From positions 704,001 to 768,000 of the forward strand of contig OZ245040.1 of the NCBI GenBank assembly GCA_965224195.1: a stretch of DNA of 64,000 nt, given 5' to 3'. Origin of the DNA: Nitrosopumilus sp. (GTDB taxonomy: Archaea; Thermoproteota; Nitrososphaeria; Nitrososphaerales; Nitrosopumilaceae). Both the position numbers and the translations under genes were made by a program. This document shows positions 51,243 through 63,756 of this stretch, one piece after another. How positions within the stretch are numbered: position 1 is the first letter of the stretch; each line of letters starts with the position of its first letter. The notes below the pieces were generated by a model. The model was given only the letters and a program-made list of their open reading frames with translations. It was not told where the DNA came from and did no database searches.

Positions 51243-51848
51243 TTATTTATCTAAATTTAACAACGCTGCTTTTTTTACTTCAAATTCTTCAGCAGTAATC
51301 ATACCCTTTTCCATTAGATCATGATACTTTGATATTTTGACTATTGTCTCATCATCTCCAGTTTTAGCTTTGGGGGATACTTTGGATGGAATGGATTTAA
51401 TTTCTTGTTTTATTTCACTGCCAATAACTTTTAATTCTTTTTTCATATTCTCAGTGTCGTTGTAATCATTATTTAGTGATTTTTTCCAGTCTTTTTTATT
51501 TTTGTATTTAAAGTGTTGTAAATTGTATTGTGTAGTCCAATTGAACATCAAATATATCAAAAATGTTGTGATGCCTAATGGCATTACAATATACCAACCC
51601 ACATAAAGTATCAGAGATAAACCATACACAAAAGAATCAAAAAAATGAAAAGGAATCAATACATCTACTAAAAACCCAGAACCATCAGATATCACAGATT
51701 CTATTGCTCGTGTATCTGGTTGAGAATAATACTGGTAATAATCATTGACAAATGTCATATCATCAATTAATAGGAATATAATTACATCAATTACAAATAA
51801 TACAAATATTGCACTTAGAAGAACAGACAGCAATACACTGAAACCCAC
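51243..51848 (-). CDS. Membrane protein with a C-terminal SHOCT domain
   Basis: TM segments and ISKYHDLMEKGMITAEEFEVKKAALL. Confidence 0.7.
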   Translation of the reverse strand: MGFSVLLSVLLSAIFVLFVIDVIIFLLIDDMTFVNDYYQYYSQPDTRAIESVISDGSGFLVDVLIPFHFFDSFVYGLSLILYVGWYIVMPLGITTFLIYLMFNWTTQYNLQHFKYKNKKDWKKSLNNDYNDTENMKKELKVIGSEIKQEIKSIPSKVSPKAKTGDDETIVKISKYHDLMEKGMITAEEFEVKKAALLNLDK

Positions 51849-52462
51849 TTTATGGATTTATTCATCTTTTTAGTCCATAACAGAGCGAAAATTGATTCTG
51901 CAAAAAAACACGCCCAGAATCTACTAAGTGGTTTCTCAGAATAATTGTCTAGAGTCTTTGTAGTTTTGAGACTTGACACATTCTCAAACAAAAATTATAC
52001 AATAAAAGATTTACTACTGTTAAATCACTTTAAAAGAATGTAAAGACTAATTTTTCAGAATATTTTTAATGATTTTAATAAACAATTAAAGGAAACCATT
52101 ACCCCTTTCTGTCAAAAGTCTAGTTATGTAATATGCAAAATTTACAATAGTAAAGAAAAACTCTACAGATCCATATTTATCAGTCAAGATGATTTTTCAG
52201 CCACATTCACCTGTAGAAACTGTACTGATGAAGGTAAATTAGACAAACGTCATGAGGAATATTTGGTTTAGATTTAATCTTGAATTTGAAAATATAACAT
52301 CTTTACATAATACTAATCCTAGAAAAGCTGAAAACAAACTACAAAAACTAGTTAAAAAACTCCAAAAATATAACAAGAAAATGAGTATCATGATAAATTA
52401 CTTGAGGAATTAATTTTTATTTTGTTGCCAATTGTATTTATAAAAATCAAAACACCATTGAT

Positions 52463-52570
52463 ATGATTATGTCTGGTGATACATTCTCTGTAACATTTGA
52501 TGAATCTGGCCATTTCCCTTATCATTGCATGGTTCACCCCTGGAAGACGGGTTCTGTTATGATGTACTAA
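52463..52570 (+). pseudogene. C-terminal remnant of a plastocyanin/cupredoxin gene
   Basis: MIMSGDTFSVTFDESGHFPYHCMVHPWKTGSV. The Cys-x2-His copper-loop motif remains, the Met ligand position is K, and there is no N-terminal part. Confidence 0.6.
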
Positions 52571-52727
52571 CTTTTTGACTTTGTCTTTATTTTGAAATTG
52601 ATGGATGGTATCTTGTATGGAAATGGATTAAAGATCATAAAGGAAGAATTTTTAGTTTTATAATGGTGTTTGTCGGCATGGCTGTAATGTTTTATGTTCC
52701 GCGTTAAAACTTGTTCATCAGTTAATG

Positions 52728-53654
52728 CTAATTTTTTCTTATTTTACTAAATGATGCTCCAAGGATTTTCTTTCGAGTAATTACAAGTGTCTTAAAAATT
52801 ACATCAAAAACATCATCTGTTTTATTTCCTAAAATCCTGATGATTATTCCAGATGAATCTGGAAGAATGGATGTTCCGACATAAATGAGATTATTATTTC
52901 TAATGTCTTTGTTTATAATACTTTCAAGTTCAATTATGTTTTTCTTTTTAGTTAAAATGTAAACGGTTCCAATTATTTTGTACTCGCCTAATATTCCAAA
53001 ATCTTGCAATCTTTGTTTTTTTGGATCAATTTTTGTATTTTCTAAAAATCTTATTTTGTTATCTTGATTTTTACAATGGGTTCTCAAATAACATATGTCG
53101 TACTCAAAAGATTCCCCCATTGCAACTCTTCCTGGAGTTAAAATTTCTGAATAAACTAAAGTGGAATTATTATGTACGTTGAGATTTACTTTTTGATAAT
53201 ATCTAGAATTCTTGTTGGGGATTATTTGATCAGGAATGTATTCAAGATAACAATTCTCATCAACTGTAATGTTTAGAAGTTGTGAGGCAAAATTTGAATT
53301 CATACTATAGATGCTAGTTGCACCCTGAGTTGTCATATATGCAACAGCATTATTTTTTAAAGACACATCTATTCGATATCTATCTCCTTGCAAAATTCCA
53401 CCTGATGGTGAAATGACATAAAGATATGCCATTTCAGGAAGTGAATTTTCAGGATAGAGTGCTCGATGAAATTGTAATGGAACTTGGGAAAATTGTTTTG
53501 TAACAATAGTCTTGCCAGTGATATCTTTTTGCAATTCCAAATCAAGAATTCCTACTTTTCCTGATTTTCCAACTCCAAGTTGCTCTACTTTAGTATCATA
53601 AGTTTGAATTTCTGTTGGAATATCATTTGGAGTATAATATTCTAGTTTATTCAA
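52728..53654 (-). CDS. ureD: Urease accessory protein UreD
   Basis: SPSGGILQGD, TTQGAT, LEYIPDQIIP and PGRVAMGESF. Confidence 0.92.
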   Translation of the reverse strand: MNKLEYYTPNDIPTEIQTYDTKVEQLGVGKSGKVGILDLELQKDITGKTIVTKQFSQVPLQFHRALYPENSLPEMAYLYVISPSGGILQGDRYRIDVSLKNNAVAYMTTQGATSIYSMNSNFASQLLNITVDENCYLEYIPDQIIPNKNSRYYQKVNLNVHNNSTLVYSEILTPGRVAMGESFEYDICYLRTHCKNQDNKIRFLENTKIDPKKQRLQDFGILGEYKIIGTVYILTKKKNIIELESIINKDIRNNNLIYVGTSILPDSSGIIIRILGNKTDDVFDVIFKTLVITRKKILGASFSKIRKN

Positions 53655-53657
53655 TAA

Positions 53658-54314
53658 TCACACCTTTTGTGTAAGTTCTGATTTTGGTGCAGAGTCAAAC
53701 AAAACATCATGAATAATATGTTCTGTAATTTTCATTACTCCCTCATCAGTTTTACAATTGATAAATTCAAATGGTTTTTCGTTTCTAATTTTTTGTGCAT
53801 CTCTTTTCATAATTTCAAGATCTGCTCCAACTAATGTAGCAAGATCAATCTTGTTAATCACTAAAAGATCACAACTCTCAATTCCCAATCCGCCCTTTCT
53901 TGGATATTTGTCTCCACCTGCAACATCAATTATGTAAATAAAATAATCTGCAAGAAGTGGACTGAATGTAGTTGTAATGTTGTCTCCTCCACTTTCAATA
54001 ATTATAAGGTCAAGATCAATATGCTCTGACTCTATTTCTTCTATTACTGCAAGATTCATGGAAGGATCTTCTCTGATTGCAGTATGGGGACAACCGCCTG
54101 TAGCAAGACCAATCACTAAATTTTCTGGAAGCAGTCCTCTTTTTGTAGCTAAATTATCCCTCATTCTATCTGCATCTTCTTTTGAAATCACATCATTTGA
54201 GATTATACTTACACTGTATCCCTTTTCAGCCAACATTGGAACCACCCGCTCAATTAGCATACTTTTTCCTGAACCAACAGGTCCTCCGATACCAATTCTT
54301 GCAATACGAGTCAT
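53658..54314 (-). CDS. ureG: Urease accessory GTPase UreG
   Basis: [29 protein letters not shown] and NKIDL. Confidence 0.96.
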   Translation of the reverse strand: MTRIARIGIGGPVGSGKSMLIERVVPMLAEKGYSVSIISNDVISKEDADRMRDNLATKRGLLPENLVIGLATGGCPHTAIREDPSMNLAVIEEIESEHIDLDLIIIESGGDNITTTFSPLLADYFIYIIDVAGGDKYPRKGGLGIESCDLLVINKIDLATLVGADLEIMKRDAQKIRNEKPFEFINCKTDEGVMKITEHIIHDVLFDSAPKSELTQKV

Positions 54315-54331
54315 AACAAAAAATTCAATTT

Positions 54332-55033
54332 TTATGTAATAAACATTTTAGAATCCATTTTTTCATGAGACATTTGAACAATATCTACTTGTGGAGCAAA
54401 TTGCCACATTTCAAAAAGTGATTTATTTGAATATTCTTCAACGGTTTGACTGATAATTGGTTTTATACTGTGAATAATTTTTTGAGCATCAAAATGTTGA
54501 ATTAATCCTAATCGTAATGCTGCACCAACAATACCCACAGTAAAACCATGTAACATCATCATCATGCTTTTTTCTTTTTTAATTTTTAATGCATTACAAC
54601 AAACTGCAAATGCAACAGGAAATACACCATGTATTTTGTGTTGTGTTATATTATTTTTGTATTGATTCAAAATATTATTATCTGTTACAAATTCTGACAC
54701 ACATTTGATTAATTGAACCCCTGATCTAACTGATGCATCACGAATTTCTTTTATGGATTTTGTAGCAAACCCAATGTTATCTGCCTCAATTACTTTATCA
54801 AAATCATCTTGATTGGCACTTTCAAATGCGTTTGCAAGTGCAACACAGTCAGATGGCCCTATCTGTTGAATAATGTTAATTCGAATTAAATCTATTAAAT
54901 CATCCATACCTTGAATCTTTTTTTCTGTGAAAAGAAATTCTAACCCGTTTGATGTAGCAAAAATACCTGTAGGGAAAAATGAATCTGATAGTTGCATTAC
55001 TCCAAGCTCTTCTTCTATCTCATCAATGTCCAT
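54332..55033 (-). CDS. ureF: Urease accessory protein UreF
   Basis: [20 protein letters not shown] and [11 protein letters not shown]. Confidence 0.93.
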   Translation of the reverse strand: MDIDEIEEELGVMQLSDSFFPTGIFATSNGLEFLFTEKKIQGMDDLIDLIRINIIQQIGPSDCVALANAFESANQDDFDKVIEADNIGFATKSIKEIRDASVRSGVQLIKCVSEFVTDNNILNQYKNNITQHKIHGVFPVAFAVCCNALKIKKEKSMMMMLHGFTVGIVGAALRLGLIQHFDAQKIIHSIKPIISQTVEEYSNKSLFEMWQFAPQVDIVQMSHEKMDSKMFIT

Positions 55034-55508
55034 GTATATCAGCTCCTGAATTAGGGGAAAATATTCTTTCTTCTATACTCATTTCCACATGATTAATAAT
55101 ATTCTGAAATAACTTTCTAAATACTTCTAATTCTGAATCTGCTTGAATTGGAAACAAAATCTCTTCTTTTTGAATCGATATTGGTCTATGTCGATTTCCA
55201 ATAATATGTCCTAAAAGCACCATCACCTCAACACTATGTTCAGTTTTAAGTTTAACAGAGATTACTTTTTCGGGTAATTGTTCTACAACAATTGTTGTAT
55301 CTCCATTTTTAATAACATCGCCATTGTGGAGTTTTACACCTGGATCCAAGTTTAACCCAACATCTGTACCATGATCTGTTTTTCGCCTCAAAATTCTTTT
55401 TTCCAATTCTATTCGTGAAATTTGGAGTTTCTCAAAATTTTCACTTTTTAAGTCATTAAATTCTTCATCAAGAAAAATATTTCCTATTGGAGTACTAATT
55501 TCTAGCAT
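55023..55508 (-). CDS. ureE: Urease accessory protein UreE
   Basis: RRKTDHG, LHNGD, GHIIGNRHRP and a C-terminal HGH. Confidence 0.9.
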   Translation of the reverse strand: MLEISTPIGNIFLDEEFNDLKSENFEKLQISRIELEKRILRRKTDHGTDVGLNLDPGVKLHNGDVIKNGDTTIVVEQLPEKVISVKLKTEHSVEVMVLLGHIIGNRHRPISIQKEEILFPIQADSELEVFRKLFQNIINHVEMSIEERIFSPNSGADIHGH

Positions 55509-55596
55509 GAATGACTTTATTTTTTGACTAAGTTATATTTATTAGATTCTTGTAATATTTTTAATAATTAAATACTCTATGACGCTATTTAGTTCA

Positions 55597-55899
55597 ATGA
55601 TGCTTACTCCTAGAGAATTAGAAAAATTAAATGTTTTTATTACATCAGAACTTGCCCGAAGAAGAAAAAATCGAGGACTTAAACTCAATCATCCTGAAGC
55701 TGTGTCCATTCTTGCAGACCACATATTAGAAGGCGCAAGAGATGGAAGAAACGTTCCAGAACTTATGAGTTCTGGAAAAAATGTATTATCAAAAGATGAT
55801 GTATTACCTGGTGTTTCAGAACTAATCCACACCATTCAAGTTGAAGCAACTTTTACTGATGGAACAAAATTAGTAACAGTTCATGACCCTATTGTGTGA
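55597..55899 (+). CDS. ureA: Urease gamma subunit
   Basis: [20 protein letters not shown] and [17 protein letters not shown]. Confidence 0.96.
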   Translation: MMLTPRELEKLNVFITSELARRRKNRGLKLNHPEAVSILADHILEGARDGRNVPELMSSGKNVLSKDDVLPGVSELIHTIQVEATFTDGTKLVTVHDPIV

Positions 55900-55904
55900 G
55901 AGAT

Positions 55905-56267
55905 ATGATTCCTGGAGAATATTTTCTATCTGCTGAACCAATTACTGCTAATATTGGTAAATCAACCATACCTGTCAATGTTAAAAATACTGGAGACAGG
56001 CCTATCCAAGTTGGCTCACATACACATTTTTTTGAAACAAACAAAGCATTAGAGTTTGCAAGAAAAAAATCCTATGGGTGTCATCTCAATATTCCTTCTG
56101 GAACCTCAGTAAGATTTGAGCCAGGAGAAACAAAAGAAGTGGAATTAACAGAATTTGGTGGAAAAAGAATTGTGTTTGGATTTAGTGGACTGGTAAATGG
56201 AAAACTAAAAGACAAACAAGATGAGGCATTCAAAAAAGCTATTGAAAAAGGATTCAAGGGATTATAA
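55905..56267 (+). CDS. ureB: Urease beta subunit
   Basis: [23 protein letters not shown] and [12 protein letters not shown]. Confidence 0.96.
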   Translation: MIPGEYFLSAEPITANIGKSTIPVNVKNTGDRPIQVGSHTHFFETNKALEFARKKSYGCHLNIPSGTSVRFEPGETKEVELTEFGGKRIVFGFSGLVNGKLKDKQDEAFKKAIEKGFKGL

Positions 56268-56269
56268 TC

Positions 56270-57982
56270 ATGACTCTAAATATTCCAAGAAAAACATATG
56301 TTGATTTGTTTGGCCCTACAGTTGGAGATAGAATTCGTCTTGCAGATACTGATTTGATTATAGAAATTGAAAAAGACTTGAGCAAATACGGTGATGAGGT
56401 TGTATTTGGAGGAGGAAAGAGCATACGAGATGGACAGGGACAAGCAAGTGGAGTGTCTAGATCAGAATCACTTGATCTTGTAATTACAAATGCAATTGTA
56501 ATTGATCCTATTTTTGGAATTGTTAAAGCTGACATTGGAGTAAAACATGGAAAAATTGTTGGTATAGGAAATGCAGGTAATCCTGATATCATGGATGATG
56601 TTGATATGATAATATCTTCTAACACTGAGATAATTGCAGGAGAACATACAATTTGTACCCCTGGAACAGTTGATTCACACATTCATTTTATTTCTCCTCA
56701 ACAAGCCATACATGCAATTTGTAATGGTACCACTACAATGATTGGCGGTGGAACTGGCCCAGCTGATGGAACAAATGCAACTACATGTACACCAGGTAAG
56801 TGGAACATACACAGAATGATTGAATCAGTTGATGAATTACCATTGAACTTTGGATTTCTTGCAAAAGGAAATGATTCATGTGAAGTTGCATTACTTGAAC
56901 AAATTGAAGCAGGAGCTTGTGGTTTGAAATTACACGAAGATTGGGGGTCTACTCCCGCAACAATTAACTCTGCCTTGAATGTTGCAGACAAAACTGACAC
57001 TCAAGTTGCAATACATACAGATACTCTAAATGAATGTGGATTTGTTGATGATACCATTGAAGCAATTAATGGACGAACAATTCACACTTACCATACTGAA
57101 GGAGCTGGAGGAGGACATGCTCCAGATATAATGAAAATTGCTGGTGAGAAAAACATACTTCCCTCATCTACAAATCCTACAAGACCTTTTACAGTAAATA
57201 CATTAGCAGAACATCTTGACATGATGATGGTATGTCATCACCTAAACCCATCAGTACCTGAAGATGTATCCTTTGCAATGTCCAGAATTAGAGGAGAGAC
57301 AATTGCAGCAGAAGATGTACTACATGATATTGGAGTTTTGAGTATGATGTCTTCAGACAGTCAAGCTATGGGAAGAGTGGGAGAAGTCACAACTAGGAAT
57401 TGGCAGACAGCCGATAAAATGAAAAAGATGACTGGTAGTCTCCCAGAGGATAATACTCAAAATGATAATTTTAGAATAAAGAGATATCTTGCTAAAATTA
57501 CAATTAATCCAGCCATTACTCATGGAGTTTCAGATTATGTAGGCTCATTACAGCCTGGAAGATTAGCAGACATTGTAATTTGGTCTCCTAAATTCTTTGG
57601 AGTTAAACCAAAAATGATCATAAAAGGTGGTTTTATTGCATACTCACTCATGGGAGATCCTAATGCTTCAATTCCAACTACGGAACCCGTATTGTATCGT
57701 CCTATGTTTGGAGCCCTTGGCCAAACAAAATATTCCACTTCTGTAACATTCACATCTCAACTGGCATTAGACAAGGGTATTGAATCTGAAATCAATTCAA
57801 AAAAGAATTTAGTTCCTGTGAAGAACTGTCGTTTTATTGGAAAAAAAGATATGCTATACAATGATCGTACACCAAACATCGAGGTTAATTCTGAGACATA
57901 TGAAGTAAAAGTTGATGGAAAACTTGCAACTGTAGATCCTGCAGATAAAGTTTCAATTGCTAGGCTTTACAATTTATTTTAA
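56270..57982 (+). CDS. ureC: Urease alpha subunit
   Basis: [40 protein letters not shown] and SSDSQAMGR. Confidence 0.98.
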   Translation: MTLNIPRKTYVDLFGPTVGDRIRLADTDLIIEIEKDLSKYGDEVVFGGGKSIRDGQGQASGVSRSESLDLVITNAIVIDPIFGIVKADIGVKHGKIVGIGNAGNPDIMDDVDMIISSNTEIIAGEHTICTPGTVDSHIHFISPQQAIHAICNGTTTMIGGGTGPADGTNATTCTPGKWNIHRMIESVDELPLNFGFLAKGNDSCEVALLEQIEAGACGLKLHEDWGSTPATINSALNVADKTDTQVAIHTDTLNECGFVDDTIEAINGRTIHTYHTEGAGGGHAPDIMKIAGEKNILPSSTNPTRPFTVNTLAEHLDMMMVCHHLNPSVPEDVSFAMSRIRGETIAAEDVLHDIGVLSMMSSDSQAMGRVGEVTTRNWQTADKMKKMTGSLPEDNTQNDNFRIKRYLAKITINPAITHGVSDYVGSLQPGRLADIVIWSPKFFGVKPKMIIKGGFIAYSLMGDPNASIPTTEPVLYRPMFGALGQTKYSTSVTFTSQLALDKGIESEINSKKNLVPVKNCRFIGKKDMLYNDRTPNIEVNSETYEVKVDGKLATVDPADKVSIARLYNLF

Positions 57983-57986
57983 AAAT

Positions 57987-58699
57987 TTAGTTTAATGAAA
58001 ATAATTTGTTATCTAACCCAACTGTAATTACAATGTTAAGACCTATGATGAAAGTTATACCAGATATTACATATCTTAGATATTTAGTAGCTAAACTTAT
58101 TTTTGATAATAAAATTAATGGTAATCCAATTACACTGCTAGCAACAGTCATACCAATTATACTGCCAATACCAAATAAAATCAAAAAATAAATCATCATA
58201 TCAAAACCATTCATTGTAGAGGCAACCAATGCTACAAGAGCACCGCTACCAACAATTCCATATATGCATCATATGAGATATGATTTATTCCCATGTTTAT
58301 GATCAACACTATGATTATTTGAATGGGTGTGAGAAATTCCATTTGGGTGTGTGTGGGGATGAACATATTTTTGTTTAAAGATACTTTTGTTTGCAAATGT
58401 AAAAATTCCTAAAACAATCAACATAAAACCCACAAGAACTTCTGTACTAATAAAAAAATTCTCAAGTATGTTTAATGACAAACCTGCAATCAATAAACCA
58501 ATTAAAATTATACTAGATGTGTGTCCCATTCCACTTAAAGAAGAGATTATAGTCAAACTCTTCAAGTCAGATTTTTTTGAATCACTTGGGTTGTTGCTAT
58601 TTTTTAATAGTTGAGTAGAGACAGCTAAGATAATCAGGTTCAAAAGCATGTAATAATCCAATCATCAGTCCTGCAATTATTATTAAAAAAGGTCGTCAT
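57987..58699 (-). pseudogene. UreH/NiCoT-like nickel transporter, frameshifted
   Basis: Fragments GLMIGLLHAFEPD, GMGHTSSI, His-rich HPHTHPNGISHTHS, GIVGSGALVA and FGIGSIIGM lie in different frames. Confidence 0.75.
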
Positions 58700-58747
58700 A
58701 TTTAGGAACTATAACATTAAATAACTTGTATATATTAATTAAAATAC

Positions 58748-60736
58748 TTGGTTAGGAAAATTGTGCTATCCATATTTATTTTATTCTTTGTTACTGTAAT
58801 AATGCTTGCAGGAATTCCGCAAACTGTTTTTGCAGCAGGAGCAATTTCAGAAGGATTTGCAATAGGTGAGGCTTTACCTGAATGGATAGGCTGGGCTGTT
58901 GTTGTAGGTCTTGGCGCAGTATTTGCAGTAATTATTACAATTGAAGTAAAAATTGAAGAAAAGTATCTTGGTCTTAACCAGACATCTGAGATGTTTAACA
59001 CTGCTGGACGAACCATCAAAACTGGCCTTACTGCAGCTGCAATTGTTTCAGCCTGGACATGGGCAGCCACTCTTCTACAATCATCTACTGTAGCTTATCA
59101 ATATGGAATTAGTGGTCCATTCTGGTATGCTGCAGGTGCATCAATTCAAGTCTTATTGTTTGGTATTTTAGCTATTGAACTAAAACGTAAAGCACCAAAT
59201 GCACACACTTTTCTTGAAATTATTCGTGCAAGATATGGTAACGGTTCTCACAAAGTCTTCCTAGTATTTGCATTAATGACTAACATGATTGTAACTGCTA
59301 TGTTGTTGTTAGGAGGTTCAGCAGTTGTCAATGGTCTAACTGGTATGGATATTTCATTGGCAGCTTTCTTAATTCCTATTGGAGTAATGATTTACACTTT
59401 AGTTGGTGGATTAAAAGCAACTTTCGTTGCAGATTACATGCATACTATAATTATATTTGTTGTAATCTTGACATTTGTTGCAGCCGTATATGTCAACCAA
59501 GATATTACTGGTGGTATAGAGGGAATGTACGAAAAACTTGTTGCAGCGGCTGACCTGCGTCCGATTGATGGCAATACTGCAGGGGCATTTCTTACTATGG
59601 CATCAATTGGAGGTCTAATGTTTGGTATCATTAACATTGTTGGAAACTTTGGGACAGTATTTGTTGATCAAGCATACTGGCAGAGAGCTATCGCTGCAAA
59701 ACCTTCTTCTACTGTTAAGGGATTCTTACTTGGAGGTGCATGTTGGTTTGCTATTCCATTTACTTTAGCCACAACAATGGGGTTGACTGCTGTGGCGCTT
59801 GATGTAGATTTAACTCCAGCTCAGGTTCAACTGGGATTGGTAGTTCCAGCTGCTGCAACTGCATTAATGGGTGAATTAGGTGCTATTATGGTTCTTACTA
59901 TGTTATTTATGGCAGTAACTTCTGCTGGATCTGCTGAACTAATTGCAGTTTCATCAATTATCACTTATGATATTTATCGGACGTATAGGAATCCAAATGC
60001 TTCAGGTAAAAAGCTAGTAAAAATATCTAGGATGGCTATTGTTGGCTTTGGTATTGGAATGGGCGGTTTGGCTGTGTTACTATTACATATGGGATTGAGT
60101 CTTGGCTTTGTCTACTTGGCAATGGGTATTATCATTGGTGCTGCTGTAATTCCAATTGCTCTGACAATACTTTGGAAGAGAACCAATAGAATTGCTGCTA
60201 CAGCAGGTGCAGTGATTGGTCTAATGGTCGCAATAAGTACTTGGATTATTACAGCAGCTTCATTACCCGAATTTGGTGGAGAAATTAATCTTGCAAGTCT
60301 TGGTCACAATTATTCTATGTTGTTTGGGAATGTTGCTGGAATTTTGACTGGTGGTGCAATTGCACTATTTGGAAGTCTTGGTAGGAAAAGTACCTTTGAA
60401 TGGAATGATCTCAAAGATAAGATTACTCTTGTCGAAGTAAGTGCTGTACAATCTGAACTGACTAGCGAAGATGAAAAAACTCTAAAAAAGGCTTTCAAGT
60501 TTAGTCTAAAAGGTGGCGGTATCATGACATTGATATTAATTATCGCATGGCCAGTCCCCTTAATCGTATCAGGCCATGTCTTTGATTTGTTGTCTTATGG
60601 TGTCTGGGTCGGAATATCTATAACTTGGGTAAGTATTGCATCAGCCATCATTATCTTCTTGCCAATCATTGAAGCAAGAAAAGGTATTTCCCAAGTGATT
60701 CGTGGCAAAAAGGCAACGGCTGGAGAAAGTAATTGA
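58748..60736 (+). CDS. Sodium:solute symporter-family urea transporter (DUR3-like)
   Basis: SAWTWAATLLQSS, GPFWYAAGA, GGLKATF, NFGTVFVDQAYWQRAIAA and SAGSAELIAVSS; adjacent to the urease genes. Confidence 0.93.
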   Translation: MVRKIVLSIFILFFVTVIMLAGIPQTVFAAGAISEGFAIGEALPEWIGWAVVVGLGAVFAVIITIEVKIEEKYLGLNQTSEMFNTAGRTIKTGLTAAAIVSAWTWAATLLQSSTVAYQYGISGPFWYAAGASIQVLLFGILAIELKRKAPNAHTFLEIIRARYGNGSHKVFLVFALMTNMIVTAMLLLGGSAVVNGLTGMDISLAAFLIPIGVMIYTLVGGLKATFVADYMHTIIIFVVILTFVAAVYVNQDITGGIEGMYEKLVAAADLRPIDGNTAGAFLTMASIGGLMFGIINIVGNFGTVFVDQAYWQRAIAAKPSSTVKGFLLGGACWFAIPFTLATTMGLTAVALDVDLTPAQVQLGLVVPAAATALMGELGAIMVLTMLFMAVTSAGSAELIAVSSIITYDIYRTYRNPNASGKKLVKISRMAIVGFGIGMGGLAVLLLHMGLSLGFVYLAMGIIIGAAVIPIALTILWKRTNRIAATAGAVIGLMVAISTWIITAASLPEFGGEINLASLGHNYSMLFGNVAGILTGGAIALFGSLGRKSTFEWNDLKDKITLVEVSAVQSELTSEDEKTLKKAFKFSLKGGGIMTLILIIAWPVPLIVSGHVFDLLSYGVWVGISITWVSIASAIIIFLPIIEARKGISQVIRGKKATAGESN

Positions 60737-61254
60737 CTTCTTGCACTGGTTGCAATATACCTCTAGGTTGGAAAAAATATAATTTTCAAAAACAGTGGCG
60801 TGTTCGTGGATACTTTTGCAAAAATTGTATGAATAAAATAGGTCAAGATTTTGATAGTAATGGAAAAATTACAATTCCTAAAAGAACATGTGATTCTTGT
60901 AATCAAGAATTCTTTTTCTTAACTACAACTTGGCAGGACAAACAACGACATCGCTGTTGTAATGTTTGTAAAGATCTTAGTTTTACTGAATCATCAAGAT
61001 ATGATTTATTGCCTCTAATTCCTAGCAGAATTCCAATCATGATGGCCATCTTTGCATGTTTTGGTATATTGTTAATGATTGTTGGATTTGTGTATGTTTT
61101 GTTAGTGGCTCCGCAACAAGATTCTAACATACTGCATATAATCATAGGTAGTTCTATGACTGGTGCTGGGTTTATGTTGGCAAGAAAAATGGTTAAAATT
61201 CGTAACATACTTTTGGGAAAAACTCTACAGATCCAATCTGATGATCTAAAATAA
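60733..61254 (+). CDS. Cys-rich (CxxC pairs) membrane protein coupled to the urea transporter
   Basis: The TTG start overlaps the DUR3 stop. CTGC, CKNC, CDSC and CNVC are followed by two TM helices. Confidence 0.6.
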   Translation: MTSCTGCNIPLGWKKYNFQKQWRVRGYFCKNCMNKIGQDFDSNGKITIPKRTCDSCNQEFFFLTTTWQDKQRHRCCNVCKDLSFTESSRYDLLPLIPSRIPIMMAIFACFGILLMIVGFVYVLLVAPQQDSNILHIIIGSSMTGAGFMLARKMVKIRNILLGKTLQIQSDDLK

Positions 61255-61638
61255 TTTTTTCCACTTCCCAAAAATTCTTATTCTTTTTTGTATATTGAAT
61301 TATTATGAGAACAAGTGATCCAAAATATAGAAAATACATGTTTGCGTTGATTGGTATATGTGCTGCAATAATATTATTAGTAAATATGTGATATGCTATT
61401 ACTACTATACTGCAGTATAAGCGGGAATGATAAAGCATAAAAAATACAAATAATCTAAAAATACATTATAATTCTTTGAATTATTTAAATATGATTACAC
61501 ATAACCTATGAAGAAATGTTTAATTAATTTAATCATAAATGAATATTATATTTAATTGATTATCAGCATATCAATAAAGTTAAGAAAACTATTTGACCAA
61601 AGTTTAATATAGTTAATTCTAATTTTATCGATCGAACG

Positions 61639-63756
61639 ATGACTGCTGTGAAGAAAATTTTTGAAGAAATTATTTTAACAGATCACAAGGTCATTACTGA
61701 AGAAACATCAAAATCTATTCTCAAAACTTATGGAGTTAAAGTTCCACCTTATGCACTTGCTACTTCTGTGGATGATGCAGTAAAACAAGCAAAAAAAATT
61801 GGATTTCCTCTTGTAATGAAAGTAGTGTCTCCACAAATTTTACACAAAACTGATGTTGGTGGAGTAAAAGTTGGAATTGATAATGTCAATGATGTAAAAA
61901 AGACCTTCAATGACATGTATGGTCGTCTTTCTAAAAAGAAAGGTGTTGAAGTTAAAGGAATTCTTTTGGAAAAAATGGCTCCAAAGGGTGTCGAACTAAT
62001 TGTAGGTATTCAAAATGATCCACAATTTGGTCCAATGATTATGGTTGGATTAGGTGGCGTAATGACTGAAATTTTTAAAGATGTTGCATTTAGAATGTTA
62101 CCAATCACTACATCTGATGCAAAATCCATGATAAATGAACTCAAAGGTTCTAAACTTCTCAAAGGTTTCAGAGGTAGTGCACCAATTGATCTTAATATGG
62201 TAGCAAAAATGTTAGTCCAAATTGGAAAATTAGGCGTAGAAAATGCAGATTACATTAACAGTATAGATTTCAATCCGGTAGTCGTTTATCCGAAATCACA
62301 CTTTGTGGTTGATGCAAAAATCATTCTAAACAATCAATTGAAAAAGAATTCTATTTCAAAAGCAAAACCTATCATTACATCAATGGAGTCATTCTTTACT
62401 CCAAAATCTGTTGCCCTCGTTGGTGCATCTGCAATACCTGGAAAAATTGGTAATTCTGTATTAGATGCACTTGGAAAACAAGATTATAAAGGTAAAGTGT
62501 ATCCAATTAATCCTAAACAAAAATCAATTCTTGGAATCAAATGCTATCCATCATTAGATGCAATAACTGCAAAAGTTGATCTGGTTGTTGTTTGTATTGA
62601 TCTTTCGTTATGTGGACCAATAATGAAGACATGTGCTAAGAAAGGAATCCATAATGTTGTAATCGTTTCAGGTGGTGGTAAAGAACTTGGTGGTGATAGA
62701 GCCGCTATGGAAGCTGAAGTAAAAAAATTATCGATAAAAAACAAAATTCGTGTAATTGGTCCTAATTGTATTGGAATGTTTAATGCCGCAAATAGACTTG
62801 ATTGTGCATTTCAAGGACAAGAAAGAATGGTTCGTTCAAAATTAGGCAATGTTGCATTTTTCTCACAAAGCGGAACCATGGGAATTAGTATGTTAGAAAG
62901 TGCTGATTTGTTTGGATTATCCAAGATGATTAGTTTTGGTAATCGTTCTGATGTTGATGAAGCAGATATGATATGGTATGCTGCAAATGATCCTCAAACT
63001 AAAGTAATTGGATTATACGTTGAAGGATTTGGTGATGGAAGAAAATTCATCAATACTGCAAAACGTGTAATGAAAGAGACAAAGAAACCTATCGTTATTT
63101 GGAAGAGTGGTAGAACTGCTGCAGGTGCAAAACAAGCTGCATCCCATACAGGCTCACTTGGAGGCTCAAATGCAGTGATTATGGGTGCATTCAAACAAGC
63201 AGGAATTATTTCAGTTGATAGTTATCAAGAATTAGTTGGAGTCTTAAAGGCCCTAGCATGGCAACCTCCTGCAAAATGTAATCGTGTTGCTATGACAAGT
63301 AATGGTGCTGGTCCAATGATTGGTGGAATTGATCAATTAGAAAGAATGGGTCTTACAATAGGAAAATTATCTCCAAAAATTATGAAAAAGATTAAGGATC
63401 ATTTCCCTCCAACTGTTCCAATTCACAATGGTAATCCAGCAGATGTGGGCGGCGGTGCAACTGCAGACGACTATAGATTTGTTATCCAACAATTCTTAGA
63501 TGAAAATAATGTTGATATTGCAATGCCATGGTTTGTCTTCCAAGATGATCCACTTGAGGAAACAATTGTTGGTTATCTAGCAGAACTCTCAAGGAAAAAG
63601 AAGAAACCTATTCTTGCCGGTGGTAATGGCGGTCCATATACTGAAAAAATGATAAAATTGATTGAGAAACACAATGTTCCAGTCTATCAAGATCTTAGAA
63701 CTTGGGTTGCAGCAGCATCTGCATTAGCCCATTGGGGCAAAGTGCTCGGAAAATAG
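61639..63756 (+). CDS. 3-hydroxypropionyl-CoA synthetase (ADP-forming), 3HP/4HB cycle
   Basis: 705 aa with an N-terminal ATP-grasp (HKTDVGGV) and a CoA-binding domain (GPNCIG, SQSG, SHTGSL). It lies directly upstream of a crotonase, as in thaumarchaeal HP/HB loci. Confidence 0.85.
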   Translation: MTAVKKIFEEIILTDHKVITEETSKSILKTYGVKVPPYALATSVDDAVKQAKKIGFPLVMKVVSPQILHKTDVGGVKVGIDNVNDVKKTFNDMYGRLSKKKGVEVKGILLEKMAPKGVELIVGIQNDPQFGPMIMVGLGGVMTEIFKDVAFRMLPITTSDAKSMINELKGSKLLKGFRGSAPIDLNMVAKMLVQIGKLGVENADYINSIDFNPVVVYPKSHFVVDAKIILNNQLKKNSISKAKPIITSMESFFTPKSVALVGASAIPGKIGNSVLDALGKQDYKGKVYPINPKQKSILGIKCYPSLDAITAKVDLVVVCIDLSLCGPIMKTCAKKGIHNVVIVSGGGKELGGDRAAMEAEVKKLSIKNKIRVIGPNCIGMFNAANRLDCAFQGQERMVRSKLGNVAFFSQSGTMGISMLESADLFGLSKMISFGNRSDVDEADMIWYAANDPQTKVIGLYVEGFGDGRKFINTAKRVMKETKKPIVIWKSGRTAAGAKQAASHTGSLGGSNAVIMGAFKQAGIISVDSYQELVGVLKALAWQPPAKCNRVAMTSNGAGPMIGGIDQLERMGLTIGKLSPKIMKKIKDHFPPTVPIHNGNPADVGGGATADDYRFVIQQFLDENNVDIAMPWFVFQDDPLEETIVGYLAELSRKKKKPILAGGNGGPYTEKMIKLIEKHNVPVYQDLRTWVAAASALAHWGKVLGK

